Positions 10,339 to 20,521 are shown, counted from the stretch's first letter. The stretch: DNA of 64,000 bases from Candidatus Forterrea multitransposorum CG_2015-17_Forterrea_25_41 (GCA_009392915.1 CP045477.1:352001-416000), one strand, 5' to 3'. Notes: generated from the sequence alone by a model not told the origin. Made by a program: numbers and translations.

Positions 10339-10514
10339 AATTTATTTCTCCTATAACTATCTTCTTTTTATCAAGTATATTATATAGAATAATTAATAAA
10401 TATATGGATTATTTATTAAAAAAAGTAATTTTGTTTAAAATATTATTATAGTATATTTTAAAGTTAAATGTTTAGTTTTTTATTAAATAAAAAAAAATAG
10501 ACAAGAAAAAATAT

Positions 10515-12941
10515 TTAAATATTTTCTCTAATTTTTGATTTTGAAAAACCAGCATCTAAAAGATCTTCTTCTGAATAACCAGCAAGTCTAAGCTCTTCTA
10601 AACTATAACCTACACTTCTAAGTTCTCTTGCAGAAAAATGTAATTCTTTAAGTTCTTTGGCACCATAATGAATAACTTTCATAAGTCTAATTCCAACACC
10701 TAAATCAAAAACATCTTTTGCAGGATAACCAGCATAATGAAGTTGTCTTGCAGTATATCCTACATCATAAAGATCTTTTGCAGAAAATCCACCTTCTTTC
10801 ATAGAAGATGCATCATAACCTGCAATTTTTAAATCTCTTGCAGAATAATATGGATTTAAATCTTTTGGATAAAATCCAGCTTGAGACATTTCTTTTGCAG
10901 TATATCCTGCATTATAAAATTCAGAAATTGGTATACCTAAACCATAAAGTTCTTTTGCTTTATAACCTGCAAATCTAATAGTTGAAACATCAAAACCAGA
11001 ATCATACATTTCTTTTGCAGTATATCCTGCAGCATGATATTGTTTTGCAGTATATCCAATACTTAAAAGTTCTTTTGCACTAAATCCAGCTCTTCTAAGT
11101 TCAAGTAAAGAAAAGCCTTCTAAATGAAGTTCTAAAGCAGTAAATCCTGCAAGTCTTAAATCAATTAAATTATAACCATTTGCAAGGAAATCTTTTATTG
11201 TACATCCAAGCATATGAACTTCTCTTAAAGAATAACCACCTTCAAGTAAATCAAAACATGTACATCCAGCATTCTTTAAATCAATTGCTTTGTATCCAGC
11301 TTCTTTTAAATCTTTAATAGTATAACCTAATTTTAAAAGTTCAGGTATACTGTACTTTAAATATTTAAGTTCTTCTAAAGATACAACTTTATCATCTGAA
11401 AGAACAACAGGTTCAATAGGTTTTAAAGCAATTAACTCTGAAATATCAAATCCTGCTTCTTTAAGTTCATCAATTGTAATTCCATTTTCATATAATGGTT
11501 TTGCAGAAATTCCTTCTTTTCTAAATCTTACAAGAGGAATCTCTTTTAGAAGTTCTTTATAAGTAAAACCAATATCTAAAAGTTCTTTAATTGTAAATTT
11601 TTCTGCAACAATTTCTTCTAAAGAATAAACATCTTTAATTTCTTTTAAAGTATATCCTTTTTTTAGTAATTGTTTTAATGTAAATATTTTTGAAAGATCT
11701 TTAATTGTAAAACCACAATCTAATATTTCTTTAAGTTTATAACCAGCAGAAACAATTTCTTTTAAAGAATAACCAGCTTTTTTAAGATCTTTCGCAGGAT
11801 ATGCATATTCTTTTAATTTTTTAGCTCTAAATTTTGCATCTCTTAAATCTTTTGCATCAAATTCTGCAAAAAGAATTGAATGTTGATCAAATTTAACTTT
11901 CTTTAAATCACTTGGAGTATATCCTAAGTTTTTAAGATCTTTTGTTGAAATTCCTGCTTTCTTTAATTCTTTTAAAGAAAAATTTACATCATTAATTTCT
12001 TTAGGAGTATATTGTAGATAATAAAGATCTTTTGCAGTGAAGCCAAGTGACTTTAATGCTTTTGCATTATATTTATGTTCTTTTAAAACTTCAGCTGTTA
12101 AGCCATATGAAAATATTTCTTTTGAAGACATTTTTTTTAAAGTTTGATCATTAATAACTATTTTTACAACTTCTTCTTTTTTATTTTCAACTTTTTCTTT
12201 TTTTGCTTTTTCTTTTTTAATTTTATCTGTTTTTTCTTTTTTGCTTTTTACTTTTTCTTTTGGAAATTTATTTAAAGGTTTTATTTTTTCTTCTTTAATT
12301 TTAATTCCAATTTCTTTATCTGTAAAACCTGCTTTTCTTAACTGATCAATACTATATTTTGCTTTTTTAAGTTCTAAAATAGTATATGTACCTTGATATA
12401 GTTCTTTAGCAGTTAAACCAATATTTTTTAATTGTGATGCATCAAAACCTGCTCTCTTTAAATCTTTAACACTAAAACCAACTTCTAAAAGTTGTCTTGC
12501 AGTAAATTTAACTTTTTTTAATTCTTTTGAAGTATAACCTACAGATTTTAAATCTTTTAAATTAATTCCAAGTTCTTTTAAATCTTTTAAAGGAAATCCT
12601 GCAACTTGTAAATCTTTAACTGAATAACCTACAGAATAAAGTTCTTTTGCAGTAAAATCTAAATTTCTTAGATTTTGAGAACTAAAACCAACTTCTTTTA
12701 ATTTCTTAACAGTAAAGCCTGCTTTTTCTAAAGTTCTAGCCTTAAAGCCTAATCCCTTTAAAACAGTATAATTTGCTTTTACTTCATTTAATTTTTTTGC
12801 AAATTCTGTTTTATTTATTTTAAATTTTGAAAAAATAGAAACTGTTATTGGAGAAATAATATATCTTGAAGGAGAACTGATTTGTTTCTCTAAATATTCA
12901 TTTAATTCTTTTTTTGTTAAATTTTTTAAGTCAATAGCCAT
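10515..12941 (-). CDS. 808-aa protein built from about 68 tandem 10-residue repeats (consensus G-[FY]-[TS]-x-K-[DE]-L-[KR]-x-[AV]), with an internal Lys-rich linker; unknown function
   Basis: Read from the translation: strict 10-aa periodicity over residues 60-210 and 270-800, and a 30-nt DNA periodicity (recurrent tcttttgcag.atatcc units). There is no signal peptide. Confidence 0.7.
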   Translation of the reverse strand: MAIDLKNLTKKELNEYLEKQISSPSRYIISPITVSIFSKFKINKTEFAKKLNEVKANYTVLKGLGFKARTLEKAGFTVKKLKEVGFSSQNLRNLDFTAKELYSVGYSVKDLQVAGFPLKDLKELGINLKDLKSVGYTSKELKKVKFTARQLLEVGFSVKDLKRAGFDASQLKNIGLTAKELYQGTYTILELKKAKYSIDQLRKAGFTDKEIGIKIKEEKIKPLNKFPKEKVKSKKEKTDKIKKEKAKKEKVENKKEEVVKIVINDQTLKKMSSKEIFSYGLTAEVLKEHKYNAKALKSLGFTAKDLYYLQYTPKEINDVNFSLKELKKAGISTKDLKNLGYTPSDLKKVKFDQHSILFAEFDAKDLRDAKFRAKKLKEYAYPAKDLKKAGYSLKEIVSAGYKLKEILDCGFTIKDLSKIFTLKQLLKKGYTLKEIKDVYSLEEIVAEKFTIKELLDIGFTYKELLKEIPLVRFRKEGISAKPLYENGITIDELKEAGFDISELIALKPIEPVVLSDDKVVSLEELKYLKYSIPELLKLGYTIKDLKEAGYKAIDLKNAGCTCFDLLEGGYSLREVHMLGCTIKDFLANGYNLIDLRLAGFTALELHLEGFSLLELRRAGFSAKELLSIGYTAKQYHAAGYTAKEMYDSGFDVSTIRFAGYKAKELYGLGIPISEFYNAGYTAKEMSQAGFYPKDLNPYYSARDLKIAGYDASSMKEGGFSAKDLYDVGYTARQLHYAGYPAKDVFDLGVGIRLMKVIHYGAKELKELHFSARELRSVGYSLEELRLAGYSEEDLLDAGFSKSKIRENI
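10545..12765 (-). repeat. intragenic 30-nt tandem repeats encoding the 10-residue protein repeats
   Basis: Recurrent near-identical 30-mers on the minus strand, e.g. at 10724, 10768, 10895, 11015, 11041 and 11075. Confidence 0.6.
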
Positions 12942-13044
12942 TTTAATACACCACCTAAAATATAATTATATTTAGTTAAATAATTATAGTAAAGTTAAGT
13001 TTAAATACACATTTATTTATTTATGTATAGTAAAAAAACTATAA

Positions 13045-14016
13045 TTATCTTCTAATAGATTTATTTATAACTCCTTTTAAAAATTCTAATGTTTTTTTTG
13101 TTGTAAAATCATCTTTTTCTCCAAAATAACTATGAAGTGTTGAATGATTTCTTTCTTTAACAATATAATGTTCTGCATAAATATTATTCTTAATAAGTTT
13201 TAAATAAAGATCTAAAGATTCAAGTTTTCCTATCCTTAAAATACTATTTTGTGCACTAAAAACAATCATTGGAGGAATATTTTTAGAGTCATTTATATAA
13301 TTTATTGAGGAGGCTTTTTTTAAAACTTCATTATTTTCTCCAAAAGGAAACATTAAATATTTATTTATAATTTGACCATCAATATCAAAATCTTTATACT
13401 TTAAAATATCATAACCAATTCCTTCAAGAAGAATTGTTCCTTTAATAACATTTAAATCTAAATCATTTTCTAGCAAATAAGATTCATCAGTTGAAATTAA
13501 AGAAATAATTTGTGCTCCTGCAGAATGTCCTTGAATAAAAATTAAATCTTTATTACCATTATAATCTCCAATATTATCATAAACCCATTTAATGGAACTT
13601 GAAACATCTTTTACATATACAGGAAATTTAACTTCAGGAAAAACTCTATAATTAATTGTAACCAAAATAAAATTATTATCAGTATAAAAAATACTTTTAA
13701 GCAAAGAATTTTTTTTAAAATCTTTATTTCCAAAAAAATCTGTCCATGCTCCACCATGTACAAAAATAACAACAGGTAAAAGTTTATTTTCAATAGTTTT
13801 TTTTGGAGTATAAATATCTAAAAGATTATATTTTATATCATGATTTACATCTTCAAGATTAATATATGGAATATCTTTATAATAATTAAAATTTGCTTTT
13901 TTTTCAAGATCATTATAATAATTATTTGTAGAAATTAAAGAAGATAAAAATATAATTATAATAATTGAAAAAAAAATAAACAGTTTATGTTTTTTAAGTG
14001 AATCTTTAATACCCAT
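13045..14016 (-). CDS. secreted/membrane alpha/beta-hydrolase (carboxylesterase/lipase family)
   Basis: N-terminal signal anchor. HGGAW oxyanion motif. GHSAGA nucleophile elbow. Confidence 0.65.
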   Translation of the reverse strand: MGIKDSLKKHKLFIFFSIIIIIFLSSLISTNNYYNDLEKKANFNYYKDIPYINLEDVNHDIKYNLLDIYTPKKTIENKLLPVVIFVHGGAWTDFFGNKDFKKNSLLKSIFYTDNNFILVTINYRVFPEVKFPVYVKDVSSSIKWVYDNIGDYNGNKDLIFIQGHSAGAQIISLISTDESYLLENDLDLNVIKGTILLEGIGYDILKYKDFDIDGQIINKYLMFPFGENNEVLKKASSINYINDSKNIPPMIVFSAQNSILRIGKLESLDLYLKLIKNNIYAEHYIVKERNHSTLHSYFGEKDDFTTKKTLEFLKGVINKSIRR

Positions 14017-14057
14017 AATTATTCTTTAAAAAATATAAAAAAACCTTAGAAAAGAAT

Positions 14058-14912
14058 CTAAGGTGTATACTCACAAGAATCTAAAAGTTCCTTTGCTCTA
14101 TTTTTTTCATCTTTAAGTTCTTGATTGTCTGGATCTTGAAGTAAAGCCATATATGCGCTTGTATGATCAGAGGTATATTTTGAATATTCTTCTTCTGTAC
14201 AATTACCATACATTCTTTCAGTCTCAATTTCATTTTCAGAATCTAACTTTTCATTTTCTGTATAAGTATCATTATCTTCTGTATAGTTTAAATAATCTTC
14301 TGTGTCGTTTGAAGAACTTGAGTTATTACTATAACTTGAATCTACAGCTAAATAATCATCTCCATAAAGATCTTTTCTTTTATCAGGATATCCATCAAAG
14401 TCTTTGTCAAAATCATCAAATATCCCATCATTATCAAAATCCCATGAATCTGCAAAACCATCTCCGTCTGTGTCATATCCTTCAATCTTACCGTTAGCAC
14501 CATAATCCCAGTTATCAGGAAGACCATCTTCATCTAGATCATACAAGATAACATCAATTTTAGCATCTCCGTCAAAATCAATTTTAATAACTTCAAAAAC
14601 TCCAGTGTTATCTAAATCATAGAAAAAACTATCAAGAATTTCATCTCCATGAACATCTATTGCTGCAAAATCAATAGAGCCATCTTTGTTATTGTCTATT
14701 GATACAAAATCTGAAAGTCCATCTCCATCTGTATCAACATTGTTTGCATAAAGATAAGGATTATTAATTACTTCTCCTTTCTCAAGATTATCCATAACTG
14801 AAACTTTATCTAGATCTTTTCCTTTCCCACCTGAAAATAAAAGTATTAAAATAAAAACAACTACTCCAATTATAATCCATGTTCTTATGTTATTTTTCTT
14901 TTTCACAGCCAT
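14058..14912 (-). CDS. membrane-anchored Asp-rich Ca-binding repeat protein (thrombospondin type-3-like DxDxDG repeats)
   Basis: N-terminal TM WIIIGVVVFILILLF. Multiple DTDGDG / DFDGD / DNDG motifs. Acidic low-complexity tail. Confidence 0.55.
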   Translation of the reverse strand: MAVKKKNNIRTWIIIGVVVFILILLFSGGKGKDLDKVSVMDNLEKGEVINNPYLYANNVDTDGDGLSDFVSIDNNKDGSIDFAAIDVHGDEILDSFFYDLDNTGVFEVIKIDFDGDAKIDVILYDLDEDGLPDNWDYGANGKIEGYDTDGDGFADSWDFDNDGIFDDFDKDFDGYPDKRKDLYGDDYLAVDSSYSNNSSSSNDTEDYLNYTEDNDTYTENEKLDSENEIETERMYGNCTEEEYSKYTSDHTSAYMALLQDPDNQELKDEKNRAKELLDSCEYTP

Positions 14913-14933
14913 AATATATCACCTAATATATAA

Positions 14934-17096
14934 TTAGTTATTAACAGGTGTTTTTTGTGTAATAACTTTTACATCCTCCCATTTATCTGTTGTATGGTTA
15001 AAGATTTGTAATCTGTTTTTACTAAGCCATGGAGAATAATATCTATACAACCTACCAGTTCCTTGAGCATCATCAAAAGTTTCAGTAGAACCTTTTGGTA
15101 TACTGTAGAATGCTTCAGAACCATCTTGTGCAGTTACTTTTTTAAAATCCATTTGTCCTCCAGTTTCTTCAAAATAAGTAGAGGTATTTGGATCATATAT
15201 TTTTATTTTAACTTTATAGTCACTTGAAATAATATTTCTTTCTGTATATTGTTGTAAATTTTGTTGAAGGAACCTATAATCACTATTTGAAACAACGTTT
15301 GCTTCTTTAGCTCTAGAATTATAATACTCTGTTGCTTTTGTAACTGCTTCTGCAGCTGTTTCAACACTGTTTCCTAAAGCTCCAACACCATCACTTAATC
15401 CTGGTGGAAGATAGTTTGCAACATTTTTAGTAATTGAACCCATAACTCTTAAGGCTTTAACAGCATCTTTTGTATTTGGATCTATATCTAAATTATTTAC
15501 TTTATCCATAAATTTTACATTGTCATAAGTATCGCTTGCCCAACCATAAACTTCATTAGCAGTTCCTACATTTTCATAAAAGTCTGCTAGTTGTTTTGAA
15601 GGTTTTACTTGATAAACAATATCTCCAACAGCACTACTTACACTTCCAGCTTGACTTGCTGCAAAGTTAGCCCAACCCATACCATCTCCAACTGAGCTTT
15701 TTAAATCATCAAAGACACCTGAGTCTGCAAGCATTGTATCTTTATAACCTTTTTCAACTATTGCTTTACTTAAATTTTTTTCAATATCTGATACGTTATT
15801 TCCAGAGTTTAAGATTAAATCAAGATCTTGGTTTTTACCTCCAAGTTCTAAATAAATATCTTTTAATTTTTGAATTTTTGAGTCTTGAGAATAATTTTTC
15901 TTTTCTTCTCTTAATTTTTGAATCTTATCATATGGATCTTCCATATCTTTAAGTTCTTCTGTTAAACGTTTAATTAACTCTTCATTACCTGCAAACATTT
16001 CTTTTAAATTTTTTTCAAGATCATTTACAAGTCCATCGATTGTTTCTTGTTTTTCTTTTTCAATATTTTCATAATGATTATCTAACATTTCTTTATTTTC
16101 TTCAATTTGTTTCTTTTGTGTATCTTCTTTAATTGCTTTTGAAGGGTCTTTTTTAGAATAAACGTTATCCCAATTTTCATTTATACAATCATAAGCTCTC
16201 ATTCTTGCCATATCTGAGTTATTACAGATTGCTAAAAAAGAACCAAAATTTTCTTCATAAAGTTTGTCAGAATCAAAGTTTGGAGAACATTCTTTTTCTA
16301 AATCATGATCTTGGAAAAAATCATCTAAATCTGCATCAACATTTGAAAATTTTGCTAAGGCTATTTGAGTTACATTAATATTTAATAGATCATCAACACA
16401 CATAATAAAGGTATTTTCAACAGTACCCTCTATCATACATTCATGACCATTATAACTATCTACAACTTGTATACCATCTTCAATTTTAAAATAAAGTTCA
16501 TTTATTTTATCAGAAGCTTCTTGTTCAAGTTGATCTGCATTAATTTTATCTCTACATTTTTTCATTTCAGTAGATTTTTTAGTTTCACATTCAGATGTTA
16601 AATTTAAGTTATCAACTATTAATTGACCACATGTCTTTGCTTCTAAACATTCACACTCTTCTTTTCCATCTACAGTAGTACAAGAAGGGTTTGCACAGTA
16701 TGACATGGTACTTATTTTTGAAGCATCTTCAAAACATAAGGTATTATAAAAAGTTGAATAATCACAATAATCTAAATAAGGTTTATAGATATCCTTAAAT
16801 TCTTTAAATTGTGGTGTAGAAATAATTGCATTATTTGCAATCATTGAAACTTTGCTAAAACAGTTTCTTTTTTCAAAATCCCAAGCATCTGCGTATTCTT
16901 GTTGGGAATTATAGTTTTGTCTTAAAACTTGGTTGTCATTAAATTCTTGTTGATATTTTTCTGCAACTTTTTGTTGTTCTTCTGTGAGATCAAAAAAGTC
17001 CATTGCATAAATTTGCGATGTTAATATTATAACACTAAATAAAAGTAGAAAAATAAATAAAATGTTTTTTTGTTTTAATTTATTTTTAAAAACCAT
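14934..17096 (-). CDS. large secreted Cys-rich / coiled-coil protein, unknown function
   Basis: N-terminal signal/anchor ILFIFLLLFSVIILTSQIYA. About 25 Cys in residues 70-300. Long E/K-rich coiled-coil segment. Confidence 0.5.
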   Translation of the reverse strand: MVFKNKLKQKNILFIFLLLFSVIILTSQIYAMDFFDLTEEQQKVAEKYQQEFNDNQVLRQNYNSQQEYADAWDFEKRNCFSKVSMIANNAIISTPQFKEFKDIYKPYLDYCDYSTFYNTLCFEDASKISTMSYCANPSCTTVDGKEECECLEAKTCGQLIVDNLNLTSECETKKSTEMKKCRDKINADQLEQEASDKINELYFKIEDGIQVVDSYNGHECMIEGTVENTFIMCVDDLLNINVTQIALAKFSNVDADLDDFFQDHDLEKECSPNFDSDKLYEENFGSFLAICNNSDMARMRAYDCINENWDNVYSKKDPSKAIKEDTQKKQIEENKEMLDNHYENIEKEKQETIDGLVNDLEKNLKEMFAGNEELIKRLTEELKDMEDPYDKIQKLREEKKNYSQDSKIQKLKDIYLELGGKNQDLDLILNSGNNVSDIEKNLSKAIVEKGYKDTMLADSGVFDDLKSSVGDGMGWANFAASQAGSVSSAVGDIVYQVKPSKQLADFYENVGTANEVYGWASDTYDNVKFMDKVNNLDIDPNTKDAVKALRVMGSITKNVANYLPPGLSDGVGALGNSVETAAEAVTKATEYYNSRAKEANVVSNSDYRFLQQNLQQYTERNIISSDYKVKIKIYDPNTSTYFEETGGQMDFKKVTAQDGSEAFYSIPKGSTETFDDAQGTGRLYRYYSPWLSKNRLQIFNHTTDKWEDVKVITQKTPVNN

Positions 17097-17233
17097 TTTT
17101 ATACCCCTTTTCTTTTTTTTTAAAAATATAAAATTAAACCTAATTTTTTGAATATTTATATATAATAGACATAATAATATTTATAAATAGAATTAATCTT
17201 TAAATAATATATAAAATAAGAAAATAATTACAT

Positions 17234-17707
17234 ATGACTAAAGAAAATATTATTGGAATTATAAAAAATGTCCAAGCTAAAGGAAAAAATACATTTATTA
17301 AGAAAAACTGCGATCTTTATTTTACAAATAAAAGATTAGTATGTGTAGTCTTAAGTAACTCTAATTTTGTTGCTGGGATGAGTGGTGGATTGATTGCAGG
17401 AGTTTCAGGCATTTTAGCATATTCTCAAGTAACAGATTATACAGCTAAAAATAAAAGACTTCAAAATAAAGAAAAAGAAGTAGATGAAATTATTAGCCAA
17501 TGCCCAAATAGTTTTGATATTAAGAATGAAGAAATTATATTTCAGAAATCAAGATTTGAATCTAGATTCTTAAAAACTTTTGGAATTTTTGCACAATTAA
17601 TAATTAAAACTGAAAATAAAAAATATTATTTTGATATTCCCTATAGTGATAGAAAAATGGCAAAAATAATTGTTTCAGAATACAGTTCAGAAATAAAAAT
17701 TAATTAA
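17234..17707 (+). CDS. hypothetical protein
   Basis: ORF track; one hydrophobic segment; no recognisable motifs. Confidence 0.4.
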   Translation: MTKENIIGIIKNVQAKGKNTFIKKNCDLYFTNKRLVCVVLSNSNFVAGMSGGLIAGVSGILAYSQVTDYTAKNKRLQNKEKEVDEIISQCPNSFDIKNEEIIFQKSRFESRFLKTFGIFAQLIIKTENKKYYFDIPYSDRKMAKIIVSEYSSEIKIN

Positions 17708-17712
17708 AAGAT

Positions 17713-18126
17713 TTATTCTCCAATAATCTTAATAATAACTCTTTTATCTCTTTTACCATCAAACTCTGCATAATAGACTTCTTCCCAAGGTCCAAAGTCT
17801 GCTTTTCCATTTGTTATTGGGATTGTAACTTCATGCCCTATTATCATTCTTTTTAAGTGAGCATCTCCATTATCTTCCCCTGTTAAATGATGTTTATAAT
17901 CTTTTCCAGACGGTGCTAAAGTTTCAAGCCATTCTTTTATATCCTCTATAAGTCCATTTTCAGCATCATTGATGTAGACACCAGAGGTGATATGCATGGC
18001 ATTAACATGGCATAAACCTTCTTTTACTTTAGAGTCTTCAATAGCTTGATTTACTTCTTCTGTAATGTTTATAAATTCCATTCTTTTTTTTGTTTTAAAT
18101 AACAAATATTTTGTAAAACTTTTCAT
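17713..18126 (-). CDS. YjbQ/UPF0047-family protein (secondary thiamine-phosphate synthase-like)
   Basis: 137 aa. C-terminal [41 protein letters not shown] is typical of UPF0047. Confidence 0.7.
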   Translation of the reverse strand: MKSFTKYLLFKTKKRMEFINITEEVNQAIEDSKVKEGLCHVNAMHITSGVYINDAENGLIEDIKEWLETLAPSGKDYKHHLTGEDNGDAHLKRMIIGHEVTIPITNGKADFGPWEEVYYAEFDGKRDKRVIIKIIGE

Positions 18127-18133
18127 AATTATT

Positions 18134-18700
18134 TCATTCTTTTTTTATTTTTTTAAAAAACTTTAAAGCTTCAGGAATAGTAGTGACTCCATCACCTTGA
18201 CAAATATGCCCTTTTTTTCCAACATTAACTTCAGTAGCATCTAAATCTTTAATTAACTTAGTAATATCTTTCTTTATAGCAAAAGGATCATCTTGTGAAT
18301 AGATAACAATAAACTTCTTTGCCTTATCTTTTATCTTCTTAAAATCTATTGGGGTTTCTGCCCATGGCTTTGCAACAGACCATCCTTCATTTTCATCTAA
18401 ATTATTTTTATTAATAGTCATCCAAGGGGCAACTAAAATTACATTACCTACTTTTCCATTATACTTTTCTAAAAACCTTAAGATGGTTTGGCAGCCAACA
18501 GAGTGTCCAACAAATATAGTGGCTCCATCTACTTTTAAGGATTGTAATTTCTCAACCCATGGCTTTATCTTAGGATTATCAGTATCTGGCATTACTGGCA
18601 AAGATACCTTATATCCTCTTTCACTTACCTTTTCTTTAAGATAAGGAAACCAATCTGATTTAGGGTTAGCTCCCCATCCATGTATAATATATACTTTCAT
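18134..18700 (-). CDS. serine hydrolase, RBBP9/YdeN family (alpha/beta fold)
   Basis: [19 protein letters not shown]-terminus. GHSVGC nucleophile. About 190 aa. Confidence 0.65.
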   Translation of the reverse strand: MKVYIIHGWGANPKSDWFPYLKEKVSERGYKVSLPVMPDTDNPKIKPWVEKLQSLKVDGATIFVGHSVGCQTILRFLEKYNGKVGNVILVAPWMTINKNNLDENEGWSVAKPWAETPIDFKKIKDKAKKFIVIYSQDDPFAIKKDITKLIKDLDATEVNVGKKGHICQGDGVTTIPEALKFFKKIKKE

Positions 18701-18782
18701 TTTATCACATTAAATTTAATAAAAATACAAATATATTATTATATACACTTAAATGATTTATAAATATTTGTTTTAAAACAGA

Positions 18783-19331
18783 TTAGATCTCTTTCTTAAA
18801 ATAAAGCCTAACATTACCGTCTTTCTTACCAATTGAGATAAGCTTATAGTCATTCTTTAAAATATTCTTTTTACTATAAAGATTATCAGGATGTGCACTA
18901 ATAACTGAATATTTATAATTAATACTTTTAAGATAACCCTCTCTTAACTTTATAAGGTAATCTTGAAGCCCATGCCCTCTATATTTCTTTAAGACACCAG
19001 CTCCAGCAAACTCAGCTGTAAGGTCCATATCTTTTTTAGATATCTTACAGTATTTTTTAAAGTTTTCTTTAAATTTGTTATCTTCTTTAAAACAATACAC
19101 AAAAGAATAAGCAATAGGTTTATCTCTATAGTATGTTAAAAAAATAGCAGACTTATAATCAAAATCTTTCTTTAATAATTCATAATCATAAGGAAAGTCA
19201 AATTCTTTAGGTGTTTTTTTAAGTATTTCTAGATGTAATTTTTTAAAAATATAAACTTCACTTTTGTTTATCTTATAGGTTTTAAAAAGTTTATCTTTTA
19301 ATTTTACAGACTCAATATATTTCATAAACAA
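18783..19331 (-). CDS. putative GNAT-family acetyltransferase
   Basis: The motif-A-like segment AGAGVLKKYRGHGLQDYLI is weak. Confidence 0.4.
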   Translation of the reverse strand: MFMKYIESVKLKDKLFKTYKINKSEVYIFKKLHLEILKKTPKEFDFPYDYELLKKDFDYKSAIFLTYYRDKPIAYSFVYCFKEDNKFKENFKKYCKISKKDMDLTAEFAGAGVLKKYRGHGLQDYLIKLREGYLKSINYKYSVISAHPDNLYSKKNILKNDYKLISIGKKDGNVRLYFKKEI

Positions 19332-19513
19332 CTCTTTGGAATATCATTAAAAAAAATATTGATAATTTTTAAATTTGAACTTAATGATTCTATTTTAATT
19401 AAATCTAATAATAGAGTATTTACATTCATAAGATAATATAAATACAAATAATTTATAAATAGTTTGTGGGGATAATTTTAAACTATATTTTTAATAAAAA
19501 AGAATAAGAAAAA

Positions 19514-19644
19514 TATCCCTCCTCCCAGATTTGAACTGGGGATCTTCCGGTTACCGCCATTAAAAGAGATTAAAAATCTCTTTAATTTTAGTATAATCTA
19601 AAATGTCTACAGCCGGACGCACTAGGCCGCTATGCTAAGGAGGG
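19514..19644 (-). tRNA. tRNA-Tyr (GTA) with about 57-nt intron at the canonical 37/38 position; no encoded CCA
   Basis: Hand-folded. Acceptor CCCTCCT/AGGAGGG. Anticodon stem TCCGG/CCGGA with loop CTGTAGA. T-arm CCCAG-TTCAAAT-CTGGG. The intron contains a hairpin AAAGAGATTTTTAATCTCTTT. Confidence 0.85.
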
Positions 19645-19688
19645 ACTATTTACTATATATTATATTAGCAAAACATATTTAAATAAAA

Positions 19689-20141
19689 CTATTTTAAGAT
19701 AGCCTTCTTTAATTGCTTCTTTCTTGCAGGAAATAATATTTTATAATAACCAACAGCATCTTCTTCCATAATCTTATTATGTAATAAATATTTGTTTAAA
19801 GAATAGGACTTTAATACATCTAAAAGAACCTTGTCTTTTTTATATTCATCCTTTAAAATATTTTTTTCAATAACTTTTAAGAAAGATGCAGAAGATATTT
19901 CTTTTATAAAAGAAGTTACATCTTTTGTAAATAATTTTTCAATTTCTAAGTTAAAAGTATTAGTATCAACTATTTTTTCAAGAAGTCTATTTATCTGTAA
20001 GTTTGTTGTAACTTCAACAGATACTAAAAATTCTAAAACATCCATTTCCTTTACACCAGGAATTACTTTCATTTTTTTAACAGCTTTGTACTCTTGTGTA
20101 CTTGATATAAAATTAATTATTTCACTCATAATTATAGTCAC
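19689..20141 (-). CDS. hypothetical protein (150 aa), paralog of the adjacent 127-aa gene
   Basis: Shared pattern DVL.[YF]L...LLEK[AI][IV]D....LF....F[LI]KE[LI][NS]S..F.K.I with ORF 20138-20521. Confidence 0.45.
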   Translation of the reverse strand: MTIIMSEIINFISSTQEYKAVKKMKVIPGVKEMDVLEFLVSVEVTTNLQINRLLEKIVDTNTFNLEIEKLFTKDVTSFIKEISSASFLKVIEKNILKDEYKKDKVLLDVLKSYSLNKYLLHNKIMEEDAVGYYKILFPARKKQLKKAILK

Positions 20142-20521
20142 ATTTTATGCATTGATGGAAATATTTCTTTTTTTGAAAAATACTTTTCTAAAAGATAAAC
20201 TTTACAAGAATTATATAAAGCTTTCTTTTGATCTTTTTTATAATCTTCTAAGATTTCATTTATTTTCTTTTTAAATTTTTTTGAATTAAGTTCTTTTAAA
20301 AAATCATCTTCATTTAGAGTAAATAAATCTTGATTTTCTTTTTCTAATTTTTTAACATCTATTGCTTTTTCTAAAAGTAAAGTAACTTCTTTGTTTATTG
20401 GTCCTTGAATAGATAAATAATATTTTAAAACATCTAAATCACTGGTCTTAGATGTTAATACAATTTTTTGATCTTGTTTAAAATCTTTTAAGTTTGAAGT
20501 AAATTGAATGTAGTCTTCCAT
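20138..20521 (-). CDS. hypothetical protein (127 aa), paralog of the adjacent 150-aa gene; 4-bp overlap
   Basis: See the preceding feature. Confidence 0.45.
   Translation of the reverse strand: MEDYIQFTSNLKDFKQDQKIVLTSKTSDLDVLKYYLSIQGPINKEVTLLLEKAIDVKKLEKENQDLFTLNEDDFLKELNSKKFKKKINEILEDYKKDQKKALYNSCKVYLLEKYFSKKEIFPSMHKM

Noticed and set aside
13611-15952. Small ORFs 13611-13793 (-), 14153-14497 (+), 14348-14533 (-) and 15734-15952 (+) nested in larger genes
   Set aside because: Alternative-frame, low-complexity translations inside well-supported genes (esterase, Ca-binding protein, Cys-rich protein).
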